Positions 1-11,075 of a stretch of DNA of 64,000 bases are shown piece after piece (position 1 is the first letter of the stretch; every line of letters starts with the position of its first letter). A program made the position numbers and the translations under genes. The notes beneath the pieces were generated by a model. That model searched no databases. It was not told the DNA's origin and saw only the letters and a list, made by a program, of their open reading frames with translations. The stretch is from Vicugna vicugna (taxonomy: Eukaryota): positions 12,484,184-12,548,183 of the forward strand of contig MU058844.1 in NCBI GenBank assembly GCA_013265495.1. The letters are read 5' to 3'.

Positions 1-570
1 ATTTTGTGGATAAATTGATTTCCTCACGCGCTGCCCACTTCATTTATCTCACAGTGGAGTTGAGACAAACTATATGTGTCCTTCAAATCGAAGTTTGGTT
101 CAGTCTGTTATGAGCCAGGGCCTCTCATGGCGACTGGGTGTGAGGCCTGGCTGGGTGACCTTCTGCAGGTTGAGTAGCCTCAGAGCTTCAGTTTTCCTCC
201 CAACTGGGGGGAGCAAGCGTTATCATAATAATTATGTAAAATCACTGCAACATTATGCCAGTCATTATAGCATCTCTGTGCCTGGGAAGGGGTACCTGCT
301 GGGTGACATGACAATGGTTGGCTGTGGAAGAGGCCGAGGAGGAGCCAGTATTAGCCCACATCTGAGATCCCCCCACCCCATCCCTAACCACCCATTCAGA
401 TCGCATGGTCGCCTCCCTCTGGGATTGGCTAATAGATGCTCAGGAGTGAGCTTTGCTGTTGGCCTGAGCTGTCTGCTCTCACCCCTGCCTTGGTACATCT
501 CTAGGAAAGCAGAGAAGAGTTGGTAGAAGGTGGTAACTTGATGGGACCCCTTTTGTATCTTTTATTACAG

Positions 571-1069
571 GGGAGAAGCTCTTGCCAGTCAGAGAGTGAT
601 GCCTCCATCAAGCTGCCTGGACACCTCCGCTCCTTTCCCCGGCCTCTCTGTTGACTCTGCATATCGTGTTAACCCTCTCGGCCACCACGTACTTTCTGTG
701 GCTCCAATGGACATGCAGGCCTTCTCCGCACAGAATGGTGTCAGTGGACAAGGAGGGGTCCCCCTGGCTTCTGCGGCCTCGGATGCAGAGAGCTTGAAGC
801 CGGCCCTGCTGGCCGGCCAGCCCTTGGTGTACGTGCCCTCCACCTCGCTGTTCATGCTGTGCGGGAGCCTACAGGAGGGACCGTCCCCGGGGCCGGGGGC
901 AGAGAGGGACAGCAGAGGCCCAGAAGTCACAGCGGCAGAGCAGTCCACCCCACCCTCGGTTCAGAAGCGCCTCGGCGAGGAGAGGAAGCCCCAGGAGGAG
1001 GAGGAACCGGCCACGAAGAGACAAAGTAGGGACTGCGAGGACGGCCCCTTCTCCCTCGTCATGTCCAAG
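571..1069 (+). CDS. E2F7: E2F7 internal coding exon (fourth from last; upstream exons lie outside the window)
   Basis: Acceptor tttattacAG|G at 569-570 and donor AAG|GTAGGG at 1070. Translation [14 protein letters not shown]...[22 protein letters not shown]...[23 protein letters not shown] matches the recalled E2F7 C-terminal region. Starts in phase 2, ends in phase 0. Confidence 0.93.
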
Positions 1070-1144
1070 GTAGGGGAGCTTGGGCGGATGTGCTCACGGA
1101 TGTCCATGAGCCCAGACTTCCTCCCTAAGAAACACACACAGGTA

Positions 1145-1328
1145 GACCAGTACGTCTCAGAAAGCAGAGGCACTGTCGTTACAGCTGTTTGGAGAGGGTC
1201 AGCAAGGCACACTTCATGGAACTCAGTCCATGAGTTAGGACCCTCCCTCCTCTGTTCCTTTCTCTTGCCAGAACGAATGTTTCTAATTCTGTATATAGCC
1301 TGGGGTCACAGAACAGAAGGGAAAGACT
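1145..1328 (+). repeat. Intronic direct repeat, copy 1 (~185 bp)
   Basis: Aligns by eye to 1724-1909 with about a dozen substitutions and one small indel. Confidence 0.92.
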
Positions 1329-1723
1329 ATAGCCCAGGACTTGCTCGCTCCAAAAATCCCACCATAAAGTAGTACTATAATAAAAGTGATTTTTATAAAA
1401 GTCACACTTTGCATGAAATGCTAAAAAAATATAAAGAAAAACAAAACAACCTATCCATAATCCCAGCAGAGAGGCAATCACGGTTAGCATGTTTGTATGT
1501 TCTTTCCCCGTCTTTATTGCTATACTTTTTTTTTTTAACATGTTGATGACATAGTCATGCTAATCCAGGGAGCACCTGAGTTCCAGAGTCAGGCATGCTG
1601 GTGCCATTTGAGAGCTCTCGGGTCTGCTCAGAGGGCCCGTTTCCCCAACCACGAAATAAAAAGAACAAAAATCTGGCTTTTCTGTGTCTCCGCTTAGTAG
1701 CCATTCGGAGGTTAATGAGACAT

Positions 1724-1909
1724 GACCAGTAAAAGTCTCAGAAAGCAGCAGCACTGTCGTTACAGCCGTTTGGAGAGGGTCGGCAAGGCACACTTCATGG
1801 AACTCAGTCCATTAATTAGGACCCTTCCTCCTCTGTTCTTTTCTCTTGCCAGAATGAATGTTTCTAATTTTGTATATAGCCCAGGGTCACAGAACAGAAG
1901 GGAAAGACT
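1724..1909 (+). repeat. Intronic direct repeat, copy 2
   Basis: gaccagta..gtctcagaaagcag...cacagaacagaagggaaagact is shared with 1145-1328. Confidence 0.92.
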
Positions 1910-1915
1910 GACTGG

Positions 1916-1920
1916 TATAC

Positions 1921-1954
<34 letters not shown>
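1916..1954. repeat. Compound (TA)n(TG)n microsatellite
   Basis: tatacatatatatatatatatatgtgtgtgtgtgtgtgt. Confidence 0.9.
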
Positions 1955-2305
1955 CTCAAATAACCAAAACTCCTAAAAACCTGTAGCATCAAAGCCCTTT
2001 ATATGGTCCAGCTCAGAAATTTATTTCCCAGTCTTAACACCATGGCCAGCTTTCCATCATCAAAATCTCTGTAAAATGTCTACGCCTGAGAATCATAAGC
2101 CTGCAGAAGCACATGCCATGACACTGACCTTCAGACCACCCCTATAAATGTGACAGAAACAAGTGACATGGACAAGTCAGGGTGGCGCACAGCTGTGTCT
2201 GACCTTTTTGTGTGTATGTGAGCTATTTTGAGAGAGCTGTTACTACAATTTCCTGCCAGGATTTTGACTTGCCTTTCTTCTGGCCCCTGGTTGGGTTGTG
2301 CATAG

Positions 2306-2561
2306 AAACCCTCCGATTCCACAGTCGTGGCCACTCCCAAGGCCGTGGGTAACAGGGGATCCGCACCCCACGAAGACATTCACGTGGATGGCCAACTTTC
2401 TGCTGCAAAGGAGGTTTCGAGAAAGGCTACCGCAACCTGCCTCATTTCTTCTGAGTGGGGGAATCCTTCAGGAAACACAGAGATTGAAAAGCCTGTGAAA
2501 GAAAACGAAAGCGCCAAAGAGCCGTCTTTGCTGCAGTATCTTTATGTGCAGTCGCCAGCCG
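2306..2561 (+). CDS. E2F7: E2F7 coding exon (third from last), contains a KEN motif
   Basis: Acceptor catAG|AAA at 2304-2305 and donor GCCG|GTAAG at 2562. Encodes [12 protein letters not shown]...[38 protein letters not shown], in frame with both flanking exons. Confidence 0.93.
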
Positions 2562-2999
2562 GTAAGGGATGTCATCACACCTTCCAGTCCCTGGGGGCGG
2601 TCGGGTCATAAAGCGGGTTTTTAAATTTTTGTTCACGTCACCTGAGCCAGCTGGTGCACTTAGGAGCTGCTTCTGAGCCATTTCACCCTGGCCCCGTTGC
2701 TTTCTCCGTCGATGAAATGTAGTTAGGGGCTGTTTTCACTTTCCCCCACCTCAAGGATAGTGAGAAAGTAACTAGGGCAGGGACTTTATTTTCAATGCAT
2801 TCAACTTTACTTGGTGGAAAGGCACAACACACTCCAAAGGTGATTCTGTTTTTATCGTTCAGCTGAATCTGGCGTTGGTTCCATTTAACGACAGGAACCT
2901 ACTGGCCACCGAGTGCGCGGGTAGCGTGCTGATCTCACAAATACCCGCAAGTGTGACATGTCGTTGTGGTCGAGTACCAGGTCTGGAGTGAGAGGGCTG

Positions 3000-3190
3000 G
3001 ACCTTCAAACCACTCATGATCTGCGTGAACTTAAGTATTCAGCCCTCCTCGTTGGTAAAACGAATAATAATAGCGCCTGCTTCATAGGGGTGCCGTGAAA
3101 ATTGCATTAAATTTAATAAGATAATACATCTGAAGCACTTAGGATAATAGTGCCTGACACCTGGTAAGACTCAGTAAATGCTAAATTCGT
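3000..3190. mobile_element. MIR SINE fragment
   Basis: Degenerate MIR core and tail: gtaaaacgaataataatagcgcctgcttcataggg...gtgcctgacacctggtaagactcagtaaatg. Confidence 0.6.
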
Positions 3191-4117
3191 TGGAAATAAA
3201 ACTGAACTATAACAGATACCTAATTTTTAAAATATGCACTATGTACACGGAGTGGCTCTTCATGCTAAGAGACAAGGTGATTTTCTTCAATTCCTTGTTT
3301 GCTTCATAGGTTAGGTAGGTATTTGTCATCATTTATCTAGAAAACATCCTTTATTCCTTCAGCAAATATTTTGGGAGGGCTCAATCTAAGAATGATACTC
3401 AGTGTTGCGGATACATTGATTAACGAGAAACAGACTTGGCTTCTTCGGAATGAAAGTGACAACCCAGCACAGGCCATGGACGCTTGGACCATGATGAAGC
3501 CTGTGGAATCCTCCTCAGAATGTTTACAAATGCACAGAATTAAATACATAGGATTATACAGGAAGCCATTTATATTGAAAGACAGTTAGAAAATGAATTT
3601 TTTAAATTATAGTAATAAAAGGATCTGACAGCATGTCCAGTCCTCTTGTAACTTCAAAGTTGTGGTGAGCTTAACACTCTCTTAAGAAACCTGCCGTCAC
3701 TGTAATGTTACATGAATATACCCAGGCCTTTTACTTGTGATAAACTCAAGGTCCTGTTATGCTGTTGTGATTTGTGGCCGGTGATGTTAACTGAGGGAAA
3801 TAGAAATTTCAGTTAGAAGTTTGTAAAAAGAAACATTATTTTCCCCTTCCAAATTCACTTTCCTCAACTTGGATTCAGTGGAGCTCATATTAATAAACAC
3901 CCTCAGGAGACACGTGCATCCACCCAGCTGTCACACAGGTGGATGTGGGATTTCAGTCGTGGCCAGTGCTGCAGAGAGTGGTGTAAGGCTGGGAGGGCAC
4001 GGAGAGGGCTGGCCTGCCCTGGGCGGGGCGGGGATTTGGTTTATTGTGGGTTCCTGTTGAAAGGACCCTGAAGGATGGAAGCTCATTGACTTTCACCTTG
4101 TTCTGCTTCTGTTTCAG

Positions 4118-4539
4118 GATTAAATGGCTTCAATGTGCTCTTACCTGGCACTCAGAACCCCCATGCTGTGGGACCACCTTCAGGCCAGCTTCCCCCACTC
4201 GGTGTCCCATGCATGGTCTTACCATCGCCGACACTGGGCCCTTTCCCTGTTCTCTATTCTCCCACGATGCCCGGGCCGGTTTCCTCCGCTCCCAGCGCTC
4301 TCCCGAGCACGGGACCTGTGAATTTTGGCTTGCCTGGCCTTGGATCAACAGCTCATCTTCTCATCGGCCCTGCCGCCATGGTTAACCCCAAATCGTCGGC
4401 ACTCCCCTCCGCAGACCCTCAGCTTCACGGTCCGTGCTCACTTAACCTGAGTCCAGTGATGTCTAGATCACACAGCGTCATCCAGCCTGAATCCCCCGTT
4501 TATGGAGGACATTCGGTCTCTGTGGTAAAATTACAACAG
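4118..4539 (+). CDS. E2F7: E2F7 penultimate coding exon (Pro/Ser-rich)
   Basis: Polypyrimidine tract plus gtttcAG|GA at 4116-4117, donor CAG|GTGAGT at 4540. Encodes (G)[10 protein letters not shown]...[27 protein letters not shown]...SVVKLQQ. Phase 1 matches the previous exon. Confidence 0.95.
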
Positions 4540-5451
4540 GTGAGTCCTGAAGTTTCATTTCAGTTCAGCACAAGAAGGCACATCACTCCCGGATGAGATT
4601 TGCCTGCATTTAATCAGATTTCAGTCAAACAACATAGGACGAGGGCTCTAGGTCAGATTCTGCCAGGCTTCCATCGTAGACCCAGGGTTATCTGCTTGTT
4701 TTAAAAGCACTGAGACCTCAGGCGGGAAAGCGTATGCTTTAAAGGCAAAGATAGTTTTAGTTGTCAGTCTGTTTCTTACAGTCAGAAGGGACTTACAGCA
4801 CAGTTCAGGGGGATTTTGGATGAATGCTGAATATTCAGATGATTTCTTCAGGCTCTCATTTGATTAGGTCAGTAAAGGAAACCACCCTGAATTTTAATTG
4901 TGCAGCTATAGAAACAATCATGGGAAACAGAAGTCTTGATACTAGCTCAAAGTATTTTTAGCATCTATCATTTCTTAAAATGTAGTGTTTAAAAGGCCGT
5001 GGATATATATCCAGTTTACCTTGATGTGTATGTATGTGTGTGTGTGTGTGTACACTCACATAAAATATTTACAAATGGACATATATAAGTGTATAGACTC
5101 AGTATAAATTAATCAGCACTATATTTGTTCCCTAAACTCCATCTGTAGTTCAGTCAATAAGCATTTGTTGAATTCTGATTATACATCAGACATTGTTCAG
5201 GAGTAATTACTTTCTCTCCCAGAAAAAGTTATGTTATAGCCAAAACTACTTTTGACAAATAATTCAAAGTCTCAAAGATTTGCTAGACATTGAAATAAAC
5301 ATGTTAGTTTTTAAACAAAGCAATTATAACATAAGCTTTTTGATCACCACTTAAGAGCCAGGCACTGATCTAGGCAGTAAAAATATAACAGTAAACAGGA
5401 TGATACCTGCCCTTTTAGGGCACATTCAGGGGATAAATATAGAACATAAGA

Positions 5452-5588
5452 GGGGGGCAGGTGCTCAGTGGTGGAGCACACGCCTAGCATGCATGAGGTC
5501 CTGGGTTCAATCCCCAGTTCCTCCATTAAGAATAAATAAATAAACCTAATTACCTCTCCCCCGAAAAAAATTAAAATTAAAAAAAGTA
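5452..5588 (+). mobile_element. tRNA-derived SINE, Vic-1-like (camelid)
   Basis: A box gctcagtggtggagc, B box ggttcaatccc, shared tail aataaataaacctaattacctc, A-rich end. Only a short ataaga TSD remnant. Confidence 0.85.
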
Positions 5589-5639
5589 ATAAGATGAGAG
5601 GATAAATATTAGCAAGTAAACAAAAAGAGCGAAGACACA

Positions 5640-5830
5640 TATACTTACACGTTGCCCAGCATAATCTAAAGCGCTTAATAGATATCTCATTTAATTCTTA
5701 CAACCCTGTGAAGTTTTACCATCCCATTGTACGATGCAGAAACTGAGGGACAGACTGGTTAAGTAATTTGCCCAAGGTCACACAGCTAGTGTGGCAAAGC
5801 CCAGGCCCTGGCTCCAGGCGCCAGTGCCAC
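5640..5830. mobile_element. MIR SINE
   Basis: MIR core cccattgtacgatgcagaaactgaggg...aagtaatttgcccaaggtcacacagctagt. Confidence 0.8.
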
Positions 5831-6062
5831 ACATGTACCCTCTTCATGAGGCTGCCTTTCTGTACACAAAATAAGTCAGTTCCCAACTGTGCTAAATGTT
5901 TTGAAGGAGATACATCAGATGAGTGTGACAGAAAAGTAAAGAGGATGGAATACCTGCAGAGGGGCACAAGGACATAGGTTAAGAAGGGGCTTCCAGTTCA
6001 GAGACTGGGAACAATTGGACTTCACTTTGTTTTTATTTACTTTTTTTTCCCTCTTATTTCAG

Positions 6063-6233
6063 TCACCTGTTCCAGTGACCCCCAAAAGCACACGACGCAC
6101 ACACCGAGAGACATTTTTCAAGACACCTGGCAGCCTCGGGGACCCCGTCCTTAGGAGAAGAGAAAGGAATCAGTCACGAAACACCAGCTCAGCGCAGAGG
6201 AGACTCGAGATACCCAGCGGCGGGGCCGACTGA
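6063..6233 (+). CDS. E2F7: E2F7 terminal coding exon to TGA stop
   Basis: Strong T-rich acceptor ttatttcAG|TCA at 6061-6062. Encodes [56 protein letters not shown], the characteristic E2F7 C-terminus. Confidence 0.96.
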   Translation, partial: SPVPVTPKSTRRTHRETFFKTPGSLGDPVLRRRERNQSRNTSSAQRRLEIPSGGAD

Positions 6234-9071
6234 CCTGACGCTTTGCCCGGCAGGGGGTGGGACAGAGCCCCCTGAATGTCGTCTGTATTGCAGGTCACGT
6301 CCTAATGCAGAACAGAAACCAGGATGCAAACCACCCGGACTTCAGCACGCATCCTTCCTCTCTCCCACATCACTGCTTCCAATGTTATCTCCTTGTCATC
6401 ATGAAGCATCTGTTTTCCTGAAAATCATTGTTATTAATCATGCATTTAATACCAGTGCGAGTCCAGACTCTGTGCATGGTGTCACCGTGAAAGCAGCAAC
6501 TGACTTTTGTGGTTTTGATTCAAGATTCACTTTATTGCTGGAAGTCGATTAGAACAACCTCCTGAAGCCTTGTGGGTTTTGTAAAGGTGGCAGGGGCAGG
6601 GTGCGTCTAGCACTTAACTAGGGTGAGAGTTCTGGGCACATATTTCCCCTCACCCTGAGTAGATGTGTGGTGAGAGGAACTTCCTCTCTGCAGTTTAAGA
6701 AAGCTACTGCTTCCTTCGGCTTCATCAGGAAGCCAACTTCAGTTGTGAATCCTATGGTATTATTTATTTTGTTCCTGAAATGGGATCGAGTGCAAAAAAG
6801 TTTACAACTACAGCAAAAAAACACATGTGTTTCAGGGTGTGACGACATGAATGTTGATACTTTTTTCCTATAATTTGCCCTGCACTTATTTTACAACCTA
6901 GTAATAATGTGGATAAATGTCTACACATGACCAATGTCAAGACCAAAATACCTGTGAAGGATACACTTTGCTCTAGTATAATGAACTGTGCTCACCCTCT
7001 CTGGGCATGAGACCACGACGAACTCTAGCAGCCGGATAGCTGCTTCTCATTAACTATGTGAGTGGTGAAGTCTTACTGTTCGTTTGTAAAAATCCGACGA
7101 TGATCAGTTTCCTTCACTATGTGCCTCTGTGGGTTTTTTATTTAAATGTTAACTGTAGAGTATCGGGTATGGGGTGCCTTCTAACAATTGTTTATTGAAT
7201 TAATCAGGATGGTAGAAAGGAATTATCTGGAAAATTGGAACCTGGTCGGGACTTCTGGGTAGGATTGTCAAGAGTGACGATGTAGAAATTGCTATAGGGT
7301 GATAGGTGACATTTTAATTTTTTTTCTTTTACTTTTTTTCTTCCTGTTCGGAAGGGTAAGAGGGAAGATGGACATGTTATGTTCAGTATCCAAGAGTGGT
7401 ATTCAAACTAGAGTTATTTTTCAGAGTACTTCTACAAAATAAGAACCAGGAGTGCAGGGGTTCATTGTTCTAGCATGAATACAGTTCTGCAGACTTACAC
7501 AATACCCCTCTGTTAAACTGTGTGACTTTAGGGTTTCATGAAGTTGCCAGATTAGATCTTTGTGTCCCTAGATGTACTGCTGTGTTATTCATTGTCTCTT
7601 CAGAGCAAATGGCTTCCTCCCTCCCTCTCTCCCTTCCTGGTTTCCTTCTTTCCTTCACACTTTCCTTTCTTTATGCCTTTCTCCTTTTTTAAACTTCTTA
7701 GATATGGAATCTCAGTGCAGGATTTTATTTTATTTTTATTTGGGGACCCAATAAAATGTTCTATGAAAGAATGAAAATATTAATTTAAGAGACTCCGGGA
7801 GTCTGAGTAAAGTAGCTTTATATTAACTACAGGATAATATTAGCCTTATTACCCCCACAAGGTTTTTTTGAAGACTTGAGGTAGGTAGCCAGATTAAATA
7901 AATTTGCTATTATATACAATGTTTGTCAACACTAAACTTTTAAAGTTTACAAGATGGTATTTTTTTCTCCCTTTTTCACAGTCTTCTCTAGAGTTAAACA
8001 GATAAAAAGTGTTATTCTTATCATGAGCTAATCTAATCTAACTGCATGATAAAGATTACCCTGAAATGATATGATGGGTTCCCGATCAAAACAAAAACAT
8101 GCCTTTTTCAAGTAGATTATAAGACACGCAGCGTGTAAATCTACACAGGGTGTGTGCATTTTAAATGTATCATGCTTAAGCCCTTCCACAAAATATTTTC
8201 ACTTGAGAGGTCTACGTTTAGATGAAAACAGATTGATTTTCTCCTCACTGTCATGGGAAGCCCACTGATTTAACTTCTCGGCTGTCTTTTTTTTTTTTTT
8301 TTAATTCGGTTCACGATATGACCACATAAACCTCAGAGAATTCACAGTTCTTGAGAGGTGTTAAGAGGCAAACCCATAAATGAGACTATGATTCTGCGAG
8401 CAATAGAAAACCAAGAACAAATTCCTTTTGTATTCAGTCCTTACTTCTTCATGTGGCTCTGTGATGTGTGAAAATAAAATCGTAATGTAGTGGTTGTTTC
8501 CGTCAGGAAAGTCAGTCTGTTTGTTAAAGAGCAACTGATGGTACTGGAGCAGCTAAGCTAGATTTGGATATTGGGGTAGTGAAGAAGCCGTGGCAATCTT
8601 CAGTCCATTGCTGTATAATTTAGTAAAAGAAAAAGAAAAAAAAAAGATTGTTGGTGATTGTGCTAAGGAAATGCAGCTTTGAGTTGGCACTGAGGGAGGC
8701 GTGGGTGCCCCACACTGTCCAGGGTTTTTGAAACCCTTTCATTCTGGTACAAGAGTTGGGGGTGTAACTTTTATACTTGAATCTACCTACCAAGTTTACA
8801 TTTCTCAATTCCTTTTTGTAAGGTGCTATTTCTGTATTTAAATAATTTTTTCCCCTAATGTAAAGCTGCTTTCTGCTTTATCTTATTGCACTGCTAGTTT
8901 TATGTAGGTATTAATTTTATTGCTGCTTACTGCTTTTTTCACATTATTCAGCTCTGCTATTTCTTCTAATGGCTATATGATCTACATAATTTTTCTTTTA
9001 GAAGAATTGTTTTTCTTTTAGAAAAGTATTAAGCTTTATAAAATAGCAATAAAAGTTAATTCTTTTCACAA
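6234..9071 (+). other. E2F7: E2F7 3'UTR (~2.8 kb)
   Basis: Repeat-poor, AU-rich sequence from the stop codon to an AATAAA with a GU-rich downstream element. The end is inferred. Confidence 0.75.
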
Positions 9072-9110
9072 GTGATGTTGGTTGCGTTTGTTGGTGGGCT
9101 TTTCTGTGGG
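9048..9110 (+). terminator. Polyadenylation signal AATAAA (9048-9053), probable cleavage at CA ~9070, GU-rich downstream element
   Basis: gcAATAAAagttaattcttttcaCAagtgatgttggttgcgtttgttggtgggcttttctgt. Confidence 0.75.
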
Positions 9111-10914
9111 GACCAATTTCAGTAAAACCATTCATAGTTGCAACACAGCCACCCAAGCCTTCATAAATCCAAGTCAGAATTTTTTTGCTGAGAACTTCCG
9201 GTGGTTCCCAAACGCCAAAACTTACTGCATCAGAATCACATGAGAGCTTGGGAGGGCTGAGAGTTTATGCTATTGAGCTTCGGATTTCTACTGGAGTTAG
9301 AATCACTGGAGGTTTGGTGCTTCCAAATGATCCTGATGCGATTCCAACATAAGAGTCACAGGTGAATGCAGACCACCACCCTGACTTCCCGTGGTATCTG
9401 CAACGTTACATGCTTCTCAGCCTAGCAAATGCCCACGTTTAGTTCAAAGCCAGATTCTGCTGTTAACCCTCACTTAAATAAACCTCCAGGCCGACTTAGT
9501 CTGACTTTCCTTAGCTCGCTGTTATCTCCAGAGTCAGTCAGGTTGCACGGTTGTCAGTCTCCCCTGCTAAATTGTGAAGTGCTGGGGAAGATAACAGCTT
9601 TGAAACCCCAGTATCAAGCCCGAAGCTTGAGACTCAGTAAACGTCCCCAAAATGATGCATGGAGGCACCATAGGACACCCACCCCCGCCAACAGAGCTTA
9701 CCCCTTCGCCAGCCTCCAGCGGGCTTTCCGTGGGTACCAGCTTCAGATAAAAGATGCACAAGCCTTCCTTATTCTGTGACCTCTTTCTCCCATCACATCA
9801 CTTCTTGTCCCAGTCTTCAGCCTTCATCTTAAGATGTATATAAAATAGCCCAGGATACATATATATAAAATAACCCAGGGTACATTTGCTGCTGCACATA
9901 CGCCAGGATTAGGATTTTACCAGCAAATATTTAGTGGCATGTTATAACGGCCCAGCTGTATTGCAGGCATCCACCATTATCTTCTCACACATGCCTGTCT
10001 TTGTTGTCTTTTAACGGTGTAAGCGGCGCATTGAACAAACAGGAAACAGGACCCATGGGGTAACTGTGAAAGCAACTTGGTTTTGTCTCCCAGTGTCCCT
10101 TGAAATCTGGTCAATGAGGGTAACCCACTCACCCTTGTAAAACAGTAGGTCAGGTGCTGTGACCTCCCTGTTACTGTAAATAATAGAAGGTCTATAGTCG
10201 TTTGAAGTTACTAGGACAGTCCTGGTTCATTACGCAGAATAAGCATGTAAAACTTCTTCCACTAGGGCTTTCTACAGCCTGGTCACTGCTGATGGTCCTT
10301 TGTCTCTTCTCTGCTGGGCGTCTCTCCTCTCACAGTGTGCTGGCCTAGACTTCTGTGCCCAGCAAGGTCAAAGCAGGGGCGGTGGGAGAGGTGAAGACAG
10401 CAGGACATCAGTGGTTTAACGGGCACTGTCGTAAGTAGGCTTCCATACAATGGGACTTGGCAGATGTTGGAGTTGTTTTGTGCGGACAGATCTGCAGAAG
10501 CTTCAGCCTGGGGACACTTGCCTGAACTTCCTTGGATGCAAGCAACACATTTCCTCCAGCTGCTCTTCCCCCGCCATCTCTGGTTTTCCTGCCATCCACT
10601 CCACATAGCCAGCTGATGGGGCAGGATTTAGAATGGTGCCAGGCTGGCTCTATCTGCCATTAGCCCCCATCCAATGCCCTTTGACCTGATTCTTGGAGAG
10701 AAGGCCCAGCCAAACTCAGTGTAGCTTCTCCCTTCTCCCTTCTCCCGCCCTGCCACAGCTGCTACCCACCCAGATCCCCCAGCCAGAGTCATGCACGGGA
10801 ACATGTCTCCAACTGCAGGCGAGAGGTGAGGCAGGCAACACCGCACACCTCCTCTTAGTGGATCTAGGGGGACAGAGATGAGGAACCACAGCAAAACTGT
10901 CCAAAGAATCTCTA

Positions 10915-11075
10915 CCAAACAACAAGGTCCTACTGTATAGCACAGGGAACTATATTCAATACCTTATAATAGTCTATAATGAAAAAGGTATATATATGTA
11001 TATATATAACTGAATCATTATGCCATACACCAGAAATTAATACATTATAAACTGACTATACTTCAATTAAAAAAA
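10915..11075 (+). mobile_element. Short 5'-truncated L1 3' end (cetartiodactyl type)
   Basis: aacaaggtcctactgtatagcacagggaactatattcaata...actgactatacttcaattaaaaaaa, near-identical to the tail of the L1 at 13071-13716. Confidence 0.85.

Noticed and set aside
74..526. 150-aa ORF upstream of the first exon
   Set aside because: Intronic, overlaps MIR-like sequence, and shows no recognisable protein similarity.
1070..1372. Extension of the 258-aa ORF past the splice donor
   Set aside because: E2F7 similarity ends at AAG|GTAGGG. The remainder is an open frame in the intron that runs through the duplicated unit.
6231..6275. Possible stop-codon readthrough (TGA followed by C)
   Set aside because: The context is TGA-CCT, not the strong TGA-CTAG motif, and the next in-frame stop follows 13 codons later.
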